Source: Candidatus Micrarchaeota archaeon
GTDB lineage: Archaea; Micrarchaeota; Micrarchaeia; Micrarchaeales; CABMGC01
Assembly (NCBI GenBank): GCA_021818995.1
Contig: JAKASP010000001.1
Span: forward strand, 289,252-353,251
Direction: 5' to 3'
DNA: 64,000 nt
Below, in pieces: positions 10,340-20,592 of the stretch (within the stretch, counting starts at the first letter, position 1; the number at the start of each line of letters is the position of its first letter). Both the position numbers and the translations under genes were made by a program. The notes beneath the pieces are model-generated. The model had not been told where the DNA came from, did no database searches, and saw only the letters and a list, made by a program, of their open reading frames with translations.

Positions 10340-10903
10340 ATGGAGGCCCTCATAATTTCCGGTATGCCGGCAGTGGGGAAGACCACCACTGCGATGGCCG
10401 TCGCCCGCAAGCTCGGGATACAGAGCATAGGCGGCGGAGACGTGCTCAAGGAGATGGCAAGGGAGCGCGGCTACAAGGTCACCGGCGAGGGCTGGTGGGA
10501 CACGCCAGATGGCATAAAGTTTCTGAGGGAAAGAGAGAAGAATTCGGATTTCGACAAGGAGGCTGACAGGAGGATGGTAGCTAAGATAGAAAAGGGGGAC
10601 ATAGCAGTCACGAGCTACACGATGCCGTGGCTCTCGAAGAAGGGCATAAAATGCTGGCTGGAAGCTACGCAGGAGACCAGGGCAAAGAGGATGGCGCTCA
10701 GGGACGGCATGCAGGATTCGAGGGCGCACGAGGTCATCAAGATAAGGGATGTTGAGAACTACGAGCTGTACAAGAAGGTGTACGGCATAGAGCTCGGCAA
10801 GGACCTTAAGCCGTTCAGCATTATAATCAACGTCAACACGATAAGCGCCGACCAGGCGGCCGACGAGATAATCAGGGAGGCGAAGATGCAGGCAAAAGCA
10901 TAG
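10340..10903 (+). CDS. cmk: Cytidylate kinase (archaeal type)
   Basis: ISGMPAVGKTT P-loop, RAKRMALRD, YKKVYGI; synteny. Confidence 0.9.
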   Translation: MEALIISGMPAVGKTTTAMAVARKLGIQSIGGGDVLKEMARERGYKVTGEGWWDTPDGIKFLREREKNSDFDKEADRRMVAKIEKGDIAVTSYTMPWLSKKGIKCWLEATQETRAKRMALRDGMQDSRAHEVIKIRDVENYELYKKVYGIELGKDLKPFSIIINVNTISADQAADEIIREAKMQAKA

Positions 10904-10911
10904 ATGGTTTT

Positions 10912-11157
10912 ATGGCACTAGTGGAAATAGGAAGAGTGTGTGTGAAGAAGTTCGGGAGGGATGCCGGAAAGAGGGCGGTCATAACAAAGATTGTGGACGC
11001 CAACTTCGTCCAGGTGGTGACATCGGTGAGGCTGAAGGACAGGAGATGCAATGTGAAGCACCTTGAGTTCCTCTCTGAGAAGATTGACGCGGCGAACAAG
11101 GAGCAGCTTGCCAAGGCGCTGGAAATAGAAACGCCTAAGTCTGGTGCGCAGAAATAG
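10912..11157 (+). CDS. rpl14e: 50S ribosomal protein L14e
   Basis: EIGRVCVKKFGRDAGK KOW motif; RRCNVKHLE. Confidence 0.93.
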   Translation: MALVEIGRVCVKKFGRDAGKRAVITKIVDANFVQVVTSVRLKDRRCNVKHLEFLSEKIDAANKEQLAKALEIETPKSGAQK

Positions 11158-11634
11158 CTAATTTTTGACAGGAATCATCTTTCCTTGTCTGATCAGCTCC
11201 TTTATCCAAGGGTCAAAACCCCTTTCGCTCGCAGCTAAAAGCCTCCTTCGGTTGTGAGCTTCTTTCTCCAGGTACTTCTGGTATGCCTCGACACTGTCAA
11301 TGACTATCTTCTCTTCCACAAGCTCAGCACCGTCCCTTAGCGACGCCGCCGAATCCATGAGCGCTTCACCAACCATCTCGAGCAAGGCGCCCCCAAAATG
11401 GTCGCCTGTAGCTTTGCCAGCCCATTTCAACGCTTTGCCTCCTGCCTCAGCAAACCCCGCAATGGACTCGCAGTCGTAGGCCTCCACGAACCATTTGTTG
11501 GCTCCGCTATCGACATCCACTATCTCATGGTACCCACGGCTGACCAGTTTCAGCGTATCATCCATATACTTCGCAGTATGCTGCGAGAGCCTCGATATAG
11601 CCATTTTATCCCCATAAAAGAGTACGTTTTCCAC
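11158..11634 (-). CDS. Hypothetical protein
   Basis: 158-aa ORF convergent on rpl14e that fills the gap; no recognised motif. Confidence 0.65.
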   Translation of the reverse strand: MENVLFYGDKMAISRLSQHTAKYMDDTLKLVSRGYHEIVDVDSGANKWFVEAYDCESIAGFAEAGGKALKWAGKATGDHFGGALLEMVGEALMDSAASLRDGAELVEEKIVIDSVEAYQKYLEKEAHNRRRLLAASERGFDPWIKELIRQGKMIPVKN

Positions 11635-11735
11635 ATATAAATAGAATTTTAGTGCATACGTCTATCGTTTAACCAGTGCGGCAGTTAACGAATCCAAACG
11701 AATAAGAAATCATTTTGTGCATGATATGTGAGTGA

Positions 11736-13043
11736 ATGGAGGTAAAAATAGGGGCGAAGGCAAGGAACGTAATCAAGAGAGACAGCAAAGTCATATTCAC
11801 CACAACAAGGGAGGATTTCCTGCTCGTTGCTGACCACGGCAGCGGCGATTTCCTGTACGACATAGAGGGCAACAAGTTCATCGATTTCTCCAGTTTTGTG
11901 AGCTGCTACAACCTCGGGATTAACGGAAATGCGCAGATACGCAGTGCCGCTAAGAAGCAGATCGACAGGCTGATGCACGGCATGTTCATGGACTACTACG
12001 AGGAGCCCCCGGTCAGACTAGCAGAGAAGCTGGTCGGAATGCTCCCACCGGGATTTGGCAGGGTGTTCTTCTCAAACTCAGGAACAGAGGCTAACGAGGA
12101 CGCCATAAAGCTGGCGAAGCTATTCACAAAGAGGCGGCACATTATCGCGTTCTACGGAGCATTCCACGGGAGATCGATGGGATCTCTTAGCCTGACAGCG
12201 TCGAAGACAGCCCACCGCGCGCACTTTGGCCCGTTCGTGAACGTTTCCCATGCGCCGTATCCCGATCCCTACAGGTTCGACGGCGATGCGGAGGAGTGCT
12301 CGCAGGCGAGCATCGATTTCATAGAGAAAAACATACTTGCCAGAGAGGTTCCGCCCGAAGAAGTCGCAGCGATATTCTTCGAGCCTGTGCAGGGAGAAGG
12401 CGGCTACATAGTCCCGCCAAGGGGATTCTTCAAAGAGCTGAGGAAGCTCGCAGACATGCACGGAATGCTGCTTGTGGACGACGAGATACAGGCAGGCTAC
12501 ATGCGAACCGGCAAGTTCCTTGCGCTCAGCAACTTCGGCGCTGTGGCAGATGTGTACACTTTCGCAAAATCATTCGGGGCCGGATTTCCTCTCGCTGCTA
12601 CAGTAGCCAGAAAATCGCTCGGCGATACGCCTGCCGGATCGCACGCTGGCACCTTTGGAGGGAACCTGGTGGCTTCGGCAGCTGCAGCAGCATCCCTCGA
12701 TTACATAAAGCGCAACATGCGTAGCCTGCAGCGCGGCATCTTGAGAAAGGGCAAAACAATAATGAAGAGGATGAACGAACTAAAGGAGACCTACGAATAC
12801 GTAGGCGATGTTCGCGGTATAGGGTTGATGATCGGCGTCGAGTTCGTCAAATCCAAGGACACAAAGGAATACGCGCCGAAAGAGCGCGATAAAGTCATAA
12901 TGAGCTGTTTTGACAAGGGGTTGGTTGTCCTGCCTGCCGGCAGGTCCGCGATTAGGATCATACCGCCGCTGACCGTGTCAGATGACAGCGTCAAAAAGGG
13001 GCTTGACATAATTGAAGAAGCGATCAAGAAAAACTCAAGGTAA
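11736..13043 (+). CDS. Class III PLP aminotransferase (ornithine/acetylornithine/GABA type)
   Basis: NSGTEANE, FHGRS, EPVQGEGG, DEIQAGYMRTG, FAKS (PLP Lys), TFGGN. Confidence 0.92.
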   Translation: MEVKIGAKARNVIKRDSKVIFTTTREDFLLVADHGSGDFLYDIEGNKFIDFSSFVSCYNLGINGNAQIRSAAKKQIDRLMHGMFMDYYEEPPVRLAEKLVGMLPPGFGRVFFSNSGTEANEDAIKLAKLFTKRRHIIAFYGAFHGRSMGSLSLTASKTAHRAHFGPFVNVSHAPYPDPYRFDGDAEECSQASIDFIEKNILAREVPPEEVAAIFFEPVQGEGGYIVPPRGFFKELRKLADMHGMLLVDDEIQAGYMRTGKFLALSNFGAVADVYTFAKSFGAGFPLAATVARKSLGDTPAGSHAGTFGGNLVASAAAAASLDYIKRNMRSLQRGILRKGKTIMKRMNELKETYEYVGDVRGIGLMIGVEFVKSKDTKEYAPKERDKVIMSCFDKGLVVLPAGRSAIRIIPPLTVSDDSVKKGLDIIEEAIKKNSR

Positions 13044-13059
13044 GCAGAAAGCAAGGACG

Positions 13060-13518
13060 GTGAACGAAGTCTCTGCGGGAGCAGTGGTTTTCTGCATAGA
13101 GAACAAGGAGATACTTGTGCTGGCACTTGTCCAGAACAACGAAAGGGGCGAAAGCTGGTTCGACATGCCGAAAGGTCACGTCGAAAGGGGCGAGACTATC
13201 CTTGAAGCTGCGCAGCGCGAGATACGCGAGGAGATCGGATTGCAGCTGCACATAGACACCAACTTTGAGGAGGAGAACGCATATTCGTTGGTGGACAGGG
13301 ATGCAAGACACGGACGCAGCATAAAGATCAACAAAAGAGTGGTCTTCTTCCTGGCGTTCATGCAAAGCCGCGACAGAAAACAGATTGTGCTGTCGCCAGA
13401 GCACAAGAGGTACTACTTCATGCCGATTGATGAAGCCGTGGAAAAGGCAAAGTTCGAGAACCAGAGGCAGCTGCTCAAGGACGCAAAGGCTTACATAACG
13501 GAGAAGTATCTCACATGA
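13060..13518 (+). CDS. NUDIX hydrolase, Ap4A-hydrolase-like
   Basis: SAGAVVF; PKGHVERGETILEAAQREIREEIG Nudix box; GTG start preferred. Confidence 0.88.
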   Translation: MNEVSAGAVVFCIENKEILVLALVQNNERGESWFDMPKGHVERGETILEAAQREIREEIGLQLHIDTNFEEENAYSLVDRDARHGRSIKINKRVVFFLAFMQSRDRKQIVLSPEHKRYYFMPIDEAVEKAKFENQRQLLKDAKAYITEKYLT

Positions 13519-16500
13519 AATTGACCAGGTTGAACTGGCCCCTGTTCTCCTCGACATTGAGCTCGAGGCTGCCGAACAGGTTGTCTATCTCCTCCTTTAT
13601 CAGCTGCAGCCTCTGCTTCGTGTAGGTGTCGAGGTTATACCTGTCTGCGAGGTTTATCGAAGTCTTGAGGTACTTCTCGATGCTCCCTTTGGATATAGTG
13701 AGCAGGAGTTTTCCTCCGCAGTTCGGCCTTGTGCACTTCCCGCTCAGCGGCACCCGCCTGTACTTCGCGTTGCAGCTCGCGCATCTGAACTGTTGCCTAG
13801 AGAACGAGTGCAGGTTGCCTATCAGGTCGCGTATGAAGTGGCCGTTTATCAGCCTCCTCGCTGCGTCGCGCTTGTCTATCGATTCGAGCATGTCCATTAT
13901 CCTGAATTCTGCATCTATCTTCTCGTCCATGGTCTTGAGCACAGTGTATATGCTCTTCTTAGGAGAGTTCTTTATCACGTCAACTGACGCTTCGTGTGTG
14001 AAGCCGAGCCCTTCAAAGGCTCGCGGTGTGCGGAGCCTGTTCTCCACCAGCTCTACCTTTGCCTCAGAGGGCGATACGCCAGAAAACGCCTTGCTGTAGA
14101 ACTCTAGACCATATTCCTCTGTAACCTCCATGGCGTGCACCTCATCATCCACTTCTTCCGGCATAACCCTCGTCATCAGCAGCAGCGGCTCATCCATGGT
14201 TCCACCGATGCTTACTGGAAGGTAGTCGCGCGAGAAGTTAACAAGAGCGTCGAGTAAGAGCATGACCGTATCCTCGTCGCCGTCTGCGTTCCTCCTCCTT
14301 GCAGATATCGTGTACGGATGCGCAAAACCAACATTCGCTTCGGTAAACCCGATGAGCCTGTTGAGTATCGAGCATGAGGTGTGCGGCGACAGCGTGAGCA
14401 CCAGCTGACCCACCAAGTCCTGCGGACTGTTCGCGTTGTAGAACGCGTCCATGCCGTAAAGGCGGCGCAGCATCTCGTCGACGAACTTGGATATGCTGAG
14501 CAGGTAATCTGCGCCCTTCTTGTTTATGATGACATCCTGGTGCTTGAGCTCCAGAAGCTGGTCGTCGCTCTTCAGCTCGTTCCCCCTGTAGTCCCTGTCA
14601 TACCCCATACCAATGAGTTTCTCGACGCTTACGCCTATCTCTCTGGGATAAAAGTGGGTTATCGGCATGTCCGTTGCGTCAAACCTTGCTGTGCCGTCCT
14701 TGAAGATGAAGACGTTGAACATCGCGCGCAGTATCCCCTTCTCTATAGGCTCAGCGATCTTGTTCTTGTTCATCAGCCCCTTGACCCCCTTTATCGTCTT
14801 CGGCATCTTCGGCGAGCCGAGTCTTGTCATGGATCCAGAGACCATCTTTGAGATGTCAACGCTTCGCTGTTCATACGCTTGCGTATCGCTGCCGCACCTC
14901 ACGCACTTCTCACCCTCCTGTCTAGTTCCGCACTTCGGGCACACATACTCTATGCCAGCACGCTTGTTGCAGTTGTAGCAGTATGACGAGTCTAGTCTGC
15001 TTCCGCACGACTTGCAAACATATCTGGCAAGGTCAACGCGCGCCCCTTGACCTCCGAATCTCTTCGACTCTGAGGCAAAAGCATTCGCTATGTTTCTCTC
15101 CTTTCCTCCTACATACCCGACAGGGAACAGTACGTTAGGCGCAGGCACCATGAGCCTCTCTCCCGCCTTCTCGGGTCTTCCAATCCTGGCACCTATGAAG
15201 GTAGACCTCTTCATCAGCTTCACAAGCGAAAGCGAGTTCACCAGAGCTAGCGCGCCTTCCTGTTTCTTCTCGTACCTGTCTGCGACATCGGCGTTTATGC
15301 GGCCGTCTCTGTCCTGCACAAGGCCAAGAGACACGAGCAGGCTCTGAGCATAATCCTTTGCTATCTTGATGCTTTCCTTTTCAGGGATTGCGGGCACCAT
15401 CAACTTCTCAAGCGTCTTGTTCAGTTCCTCGTTTCCTGCAGCATCGTTCAACCGAAGACCGTCAACTTCGTGCAAATATTTCCTCTCTCCTACACTCTTC
15501 GCGATTGTCTGCACGAGGAACTTGAGCTGCTCCTCGCTTATCGCCTGGAACTCGAAGAGGAACTTCGGATGCAGCGGCACACCGTACTTAAGAGAGGCTT
15601 CGAAAGCGTCTTCAAAGGTTTCAACCTTCGCTGCCGCTTCTGTTCCGCCAGCAGCCTTAAGTTCCGCGCCCCATAGCTCCTCCACGTAGCTGCTCGGCTG
15701 GAGCGGCGTGTTAGTCTTTTTGAAGTCGCCGTAGGTAACGAGTATGTCTCCGAGCGAGATTATCTTCACAATATCTTTCCTGACCTGCGCGGCAGTCGAA
15801 GCATCGTTTATACGCAGTGTCTCCCCAGACCTGAGCTTTACAAACGGGCCCTCTATGGAGTCAACCGGCGCCGCGACGCATCCCTTGCCCGGCAGCTCTA
15901 TCATGAGCTGGGTCCCTATGCTTATGAAATCGTCAAGAACTATCATTGTTGCAGGGCTGAAGCCCTTTGCTGCTATTCCTGTCATCCTGCTCCTTCCATA
16001 CCTGAGCCTGAAGCCCCCGAAGTGCTTCGGGTATGCAAGTACAGGTCTGCCCGCAACGAGCTTCTCCAGGAATACCGCTGTCTCTGTCTTCGCCCCTTCC
16101 TCGCTCTTCTTCATCTTGTCTATGGTGATTATGCTGTCGAGCCAGCTCCAGTCCAGCCCCGCTTTCTTCACCTCCCTTGAAACGCTCTTCGCCTTCTGCG
16201 CTATGCTGCTCACTACAAGCGGCACGCCACCGCGTATCCTGTTCGTTATCGCGACATCCTTGCCCCCAAAGCCCTTCCTCGACATGTTCGAGTGCACGCT
16301 TATCTCCATGTCCTCTGTAGGGACACCCTCCACGCAAACCGGGCAGTTGCCCACTATGGTGCGTATCTGGTCCGGGCTCGGCTTGTACTGAAGCGGAACC
16401 ACGCGCTCGTGGTATATCTCCACCTCTTCCACGTATCTCTCGACCTCGTCCTTAGTGGCCTTGTAGTCTCCTATGTTGAAGAATTTCCTTGCGTAGTCTG

Positions 16501-16966
16501 CGAAAGCAATCGACATCGCGACCGAAGTGCCGCCTGCGCTTCTTATCGGGCCCGCATAGAACACCGCTATGTAGTCGGAGTTATCAGGATTCCTGTAGCG
16601 GGACACGTACTGCACGCCTTCGGTAGGGGCCACAAGGACGCCATCTGTCATGAGCGCGAGCGCCACCCTGACAGCAAGCTCTATCCTCTTTATCACCTCA
16701 TATCCTGCAAACTCATCGCTCGTGCATATCTCCTTTATTATGGCAAATATCAGCTCGCTCCTTGTCCTTCCGCTCTGGTTCCTGGATATGAGAGCGCCGA
16801 TCCCCTGAACGCCGATCAGCCCTTCGACCCTTCCTGCTATATCTGGCGCTACCTTTATCTCAACGTGCGGTTTAGGGTCGAAGCCCACTTCCTTGGCCTT
16901 GCTCGCCACCCCGTACGCTATCTCGAACTCCTTTTCCAGCGTTTCAAAGTATTCCTCGACCTTCAT
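13511..16966 (-). CDS. polC: DNA polymerase D large subunit DP2
   Basis: AGPIRSAGGT, GGFRLRYGRSR, FKDGTARFDATD, catalytic DGDED, C-terminal zinc finger; no intein. Confidence 0.97.
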   Translation of the reverse strand: MKVEEYFETLEKEFEIAYGVASKAKEVGFDPKPHVEIKVAPDIAGRVEGLIGVQGIGALISRNQSGRTRSELIFAIIKEICTSDEFAGYEVIKRIELAVRVALALMTDGVLVAPTEGVQYVSRYRNPDNSDYIAVFYAGPIRSAGGTSVAMSIAFADYARKFFNIGDYKATKDEVERYVEEVEIYHERVVPLQYKPSPDQIRTIVGNCPVCVEGVPTEDMEISVHSNMSRKGFGGKDVAITNRIRGGVPLVVSSIAQKAKSVSREVKKAGLDWSWLDSIITIDKMKKSEEGAKTETAVFLEKLVAGRPVLAYPKHFGGFRLRYGRSRMTGIAAKGFSPATMIVLDDFISIGTQLMIELPGKGCVAAPVDSIEGPFVKLRSGETLRINDASTAAQVRKDIVKIISLGDILVTYGDFKKTNTPLQPSSYVEELWGAELKAAGGTEAAAKVETFEDAFEASLKYGVPLHPKFLFEFQAISEEQLKFLVQTIAKSVGERKYLHEVDGLRLNDAAGNEELNKTLEKLMVPAIPEKESIKIAKDYAQSLLVSLGLVQDRDGRINADVADRYEKKQEGALALVNSLSLVKLMKRSTFIGARIGRPEKAGERLMVPAPNVLFPVGYVGGKERNIANAFASESKRFGGQGARVDLARYVCKSCGSRLDSSYCYNCNKRAGIEYVCPKCGTRQEGEKCVRCGSDTQAYEQRSVDISKMVSGSMTRLGSPKMPKTIKGVKGLMNKNKIAEPIEKGILRAMFNVFIFKDGTARFDATDMPITHFYPREIGVSVEKLIGMGYDRDYRGNELKSDDQLLELKHQDVIINKKGADYLLSISKFVDEMLRRLYGMDAFYNANSPQDLVGQLVLTLSPHTSCSILNRLIGFTEANVGFAHPYTISARRRNADGDEDTVMLLLDALVNFSRDYLPVSIGGTMDEPLLLMTRVMPEEVDDEVHAMEVTEEYGLEFYSKAFSGVSPSEAKVELVENRLRTPRAFEGLGFTHEASVDVIKNSPKKSIYTVLKTMDEKIDAEFRIMDMLESIDKRDAARRLINGHFIRDLIGNLHSFSRQQFRCASCNAKYRRVPLSGKCTRPNCGGKLLLTISKGSIEKYLKTSINLADRYNLDTYTKQRLQLIKEEIDNLFGSLELNVEENRGQFNLVNFM

Positions 16967-16973
16967 TAAACCA

Positions 16974-18524
16974 CTAAAGCCCGTTGAAGTCCATGACGTC
17001 TATCTTGCCGCTCTGCGCCTCGTACACAGGCAGCAGGCACGGCGAGGGCACGTGGCCCTGTTTGATCTGGTAGCCTGTCCTGCCCTGCCATGTGCCGCTG
17101 TTGATCAGGAGGGTTCCATGGTACGCATCGTACCCGTTCTTGTGTATGTGGCCCATGTGCAGTATGTCCGGCACCTCGTTTATCACCAGTGCGTCGTTCT
17201 TGCTAGGCACCACGATATTGCCGCCATATATCGGTGAGAGGTGGCGCCTCTTGAGTATCTCCTTCATCGCATCTGTCGGCGTGCCATATGTGCAGCCTGG
17301 CACGCTCCTTATGACCGAATCGAGGGAAGTTCCATGGTATGCAAGTATCTTCACTCCGTGCAGGTTGAGGTAGCAAGGGTTGGTCATCATGTGTACATTG
17401 TCGCGCTTGAAGTCCTTGAGGAAACCGTTTCCTACCTTCGGCTGCGGCTCAGCCCGCTGAACCGCATCATGATTGCCCGGTATGATGAATACCTCGATGT
17501 AGTCAGGTATGCTCTCCATGAAGTCGAAGAATACCGAATATTGCTTGTATATGTCATCGATCGCAAGCTCCTTGTCCTGCTCCGGGTATATGCCTATGCC
17601 GTCGACGAGATCCCCGGCGACGACCATGTACTTTATCTTGGCGGCAAGGTCCTTCCTGTTGTCCACCCCACCGTTTATCCACTCAAGGAACTTGCCGAAC
17701 TGCTTCTCCATGAAGAGCTTGTGGCCAACGTGCACATCCGAAACCAGTGCTATGGCAACATCTTCCTCGACCTTTGCCTGCTGGTGCAGCGGTATGTCTG
17801 GCCATAGCAGGCGGCTCGCGATGATGAAAGAGTTCCACATTTTGCCCTTTACGGCTATCACATCGTCCTTCATCAGTTTCGATGCCGAATCTAAGAGCTC
17901 GTTCTGCTCATCCTTCACCTTCCTGGAGGGCTTCATGAAGAGAACCTTCGTGGTGCCGCTCTCGTCCTCCAAGGTTATCATCACGTTTCCCTTGGCAGTG
18001 ACTATCTTGTCATAGACCATGCCTACCGCAGCGATCTCCCTGCCGTCCATGTATTGCTTTATGTTCTCTATGCTTCCTACCACTCCTGTGAATCCGTTGC
18101 CGTAAGATCTGAGTATCTCCCTCTGCCTCGCGAACCTGTCCTGGAAGTAATCCACGAAATCGCTTACGCTTGAAGACGTGCGCTCTACTTTTACGTCCCT
18201 CGCCCTGAACTCAGGCTCTATGTCCTTCGCGGCTGGCCTGAAGCCTTCGGACCTTATGACCTCTATCTGCACCGGTTCCTTCTTGACTGTCATGCCTGCC
18301 AGTATCTCTGCGAGCTCCTTCTTCCCGAGAACCTTTCCGTCCAAGTTCTGGTAACGTTCGGTAACGTTCGCCACAAGAGACTCGAGGTCTACGTTCTCCA
18401 GATCCGTGTCTGTTATGTCTGAGCTAATGATCGCCTTGCCGCTGAGCCGCGATACGAATTCGAGCAGAGTGCCTTTTCCCACGCAAGAAACCCCAAAAAC
18501 AGTTAGCCCTACTCTCATTTGCAT
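16974..18524 (-). CDS. polB: DNA polymerase D small subunit DP1 (proofreading exonuclease)
   Basis: SDVHVG, GDLVDG, PGNHD, YHG, GHIH, NSGTWQ; true start may be the GTG near 18482. Confidence 0.95.
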   Translation of the reverse strand: MQMRVGLTVFGVSCVGKGTLLEFVSRLSGKAIISSDITDTDLENVDLESLVANVTERYQNLDGKVLGKKELAEILAGMTVKKEPVQIEVIRSEGFRPAAKDIEPEFRARDVKVERTSSSVSDFVDYFQDRFARQREILRSYGNGFTGVVGSIENIKQYMDGREIAAVGMVYDKIVTAKGNVMITLEDESGTTKVLFMKPSRKVKDEQNELLDSASKLMKDDVIAVKGKMWNSFIIASRLLWPDIPLHQQAKVEEDVAIALVSDVHVGHKLFMEKQFGKFLEWINGGVDNRKDLAAKIKYMVVAGDLVDGIGIYPEQDKELAIDDIYKQYSVFFDFMESIPDYIEVFIIPGNHDAVQRAEPQPKVGNGFLKDFKRDNVHMMTNPCYLNLHGVKILAYHGTSLDSVIRSVPGCTYGTPTDAMKEILKRRHLSPIYGGNIVVPSKNDALVINEVPDILHMGHIHKNGYDAYHGTLLINSGTWQGRTGYQIKQGHVPSPCLLPVYEAQSGKIDVMDFNGL

Positions 18525-18595
18525 AAATCTTATTTAAAGCTTTATGCGGAAAGCGGTGCTAACGCATATACGAAAATGAAAATTAGTTCAAGGAA

Positions 18596-18865
18596 CTAGT
18601 CTTTTACAGATTCCAGCATGCTCAGTATGTTCCAGATCACGGTCCTGGCATAAGGCGGCAGGTTGATGTCGTTGCTTACCTCGTCTATCTTGTATGTGGC
18701 TGTAGAGGACTTCACCGAGTAGTTTCCTTCGCCCTGCGACAACGCCTTCTTCGCCTCCTCGAGGGCCGCCTTCACGTTCCTCGGCACGCTGTTGTCGTTC
18801 AGCAGAATATCTATCTGCTGCTTCACCTGCGTTATCGTCTCATCGTGCTTCTTGTCGTCCTTCAT
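18596..18865 (-). CDS. UPF0147 family protein
   Basis: DNSVPRNVK...DEVSNDINLPPYARTVIW signature. Confidence 0.88.
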   Translation of the reverse strand: MKDDKKHDETITQVKQQIDILLNDNSVPRNVKAALEEAKKALSQGEGNYSVKSSTATYKIDEVSNDINLPPYARTVIWNILSMLESVKD

Positions 18866-18876
18866 CTAATCACCAA

Positions 18877-18967
18877 CGGGCCCGGCGGGATTTGAACCCG
18901 CGACCTTCAGCTTGCTTTGCGTTCAGCATAGAAGGCTGTTGCTCTATCCAAGCTGAGCTACGAGCCC
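18877..18967 (-). tRNA. tRNA-Arg(TCT) with a 16-nt intron at 37/38 (intron 18913-18928)
   Basis: Cloverleaf with GGGCTCG/CGGGCCC acceptor stem, loop CT-TCT-A, T-loop TTCAAAT; relaxed bulge-helix-bulge. Confidence 0.93.
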
Positions 18968-18974
18968 AGGATAG

Positions 18975-19745
18975 TCATATGTAAAACAGCCTTCTTATGT
19001 TTTCTGTTGTTTTTGCCGCGACTTCTTCAAGCGAAACGCCCTTGATTTTGGCGATCGTTTCGCAAACCCCTATCACGTCTGCGGGTGTTTCCCCAACAAT
19101 GGGTGAATCTGTTTCCACGACAATCTTACTTAGGCTGACCTCCTTTATAATCCTTTTCCTCTTTCCTGTCATGGCCGGCGGTATCGAGATAAAATAGCCC
19201 TTTTCCGCGAGCTCCATGGCCTGCGCCTCGTCGCCTTCAAAGAAATGGAACAGCGCCTTCTTGACCTGCGTTTCTGCCAAGATCTTCTTCACATCCTCAA
19301 GCGCCCCTCTCGAATGTATGACTATTGGCATGTCAAGCGCCTTCGCAATCTGCGCCTGCTTCGAGAAAAGCTCCTTCTGCAGCGCAATGGCGTTCTTGTC
19401 TGACACTTTCGTGTCTATCCCTATCTCGCCTATGCCAACAATCTTCATGCTGTTCCTTATCAGGCCCTCGATCTCCACTACGTATCCAGCATCCGATGTG
19501 GCAAAATCGGGCCCGATGCCAATGACAGTAAAGACATTCTCCTTCTCTGCAATTCTGACGCACTCAAAATTGTCCTTCGCGCTCCCTCCAGCTGTGATTA
19601 TCGTGCCCACCCCTTTCTCCCTTGCTTTTTTTACTGTTTCGGAAGGGTCGTTGAACAGGTTCAGGTGGCAATGAGCGTCAGAAAATTCGCCTAGGCTGTG
19701 CACCTGCGTCTTTTCAACTGACATCATCTGGCTGTACTGAGTCAT
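18975..19745 (-). CDS. tatD: TatD-family metal-dependent nuclease
   Basis: DAHCHL, GEIGID, IVIHSR, FHFF, ETDSP. Confidence 0.92.
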   Translation of the reverse strand: MTQYSQMMSVEKTQVHSLGEFSDAHCHLNLFNDPSETVKKAREKGVGTIITAGGSAKDNFECVRIAEKENVFTVIGIGPDFATSDAGYVVEIEGLIRNSMKIVGIGEIGIDTKVSDKNAIALQKELFSKQAQIAKALDMPIVIHSRGALEDVKKILAETQVKKALFHFFEGDEAQAMELAEKGYFISIPPAMTGKRKRIIKEVSLSKIVVETDSPIVGETPADVIGVCETIAKIKGVSLEEVAAKTTENIRRLFYI

Positions 19746-19802
19746 GCTCCCTATTTAGATACAAAAACTAGCTATTTATGAGTTCTGTAGGCCGTGGAAG
19801 CG

Positions 19803-20504
19803 TTAGGAACGGACGACCGCAACCGCCATGTCCCTGTACGCGTGCTCCATTGTCTGCGTCCTGAGTTTTTGCTCATGTCTTAGTCTTTTCGCGATTGCAA
19901 TCTGTTGGGCAAGGAGTTCGTCACCCATTGGGTTCATCCTGATTTTGCCTTTAAGATGTGAGTACAGCTCCACCATCTGCTTCTTCTCCTTCTGCCATCT
20001 CTCATCAGGGTCCTTTATGCCATTTCTTACGCGCCAAACCTCACCCCCATCGCCGTCAAGCCCCTCTATTATTTTGCCGTAAAGCATTTCCTTTGGGGCC
20101 GTGGTTATGAAAATGTGATAGAAAGCGCCGCCATCCATGCACCATACTCTGGTGAAGCCCCCTATCTTCGCTACATCGTGGCTCTGTACCTTGCCATCTA
20201 AGTCCTCCTCAAGATAGTGCGGGTTGAACACAACCATCTTGCCTCCGACGGTCATCTGCGGCACGATGAAGTCCGGTTCATGAAGCGCGCGTTCCCCTAC
20301 TGGAAATACGTATGGTTGGTAGTATGCGGTCACGCCTTCGTCAAGTAGCATCTCCTTCATTATGTCTTCGTGCATCCCCTTTATTTCGGTCTTCTGCGTC
20401 AGCAAAGATTTCTGAAGTCCGCGCTTTGCATCAGCCACATCCTCTGCAAAGGCTTCCCTAGAAACCCGTCCCTCAACAAGTTTCTGCATTTCGTGCCGCT
20501 GCAA
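19803..20504 (-). CDS. Hypothetical protein, possibly a degenerate PD-(D/E)xK fold
   Basis: 233-aa ORF; YYQP...HEPDFIV...VFNPH pattern. Confidence 0.6.
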   Translation of the reverse strand: MQRHEMQKLVEGRVSREAFAEDVADAKRGLQKSLLTQKTEIKGMHEDIMKEMLLDEGVTAYYQPYVFPVGERALHEPDFIVPQMTVGGKMVVFNPHYLEEDLDGKVQSHDVAKIGGFTRVWCMDGGAFYHIFITTAPKEMLYGKIIEGLDGDGGEVWRVRNGIKDPDERWQKEKKQMVELYSHLKGKIRMNPMGDELLAQQIAIAKRLRHEQKLRTQTMEHAYRDMAVAVVRS

Positions 20505-20592
20505 GCTCTCCCCAAATGCAGGGGCATCTCAATACCTTTTTATATATGTTTTGATAAAAATGTTTACGAATAAAACAAGGTTGGCAATTATC

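Noticed and set aside
13511..16966. Intein in DP2, or inactivation from NADGDED replacing NCDGDED
   Set aside because: The length is normal, no intein motifs are present, and the catalytic Asp residues are intact.
18877..18905. Identical 3' halves of tRNA-Arg and tRNA-Lys (62933-62959) as att sites
   Set aside because: Both are complete tRNAs in opposite orientation, the sequence between them is housekeeping, and there is no integrase; this is ordinary tRNA similarity.
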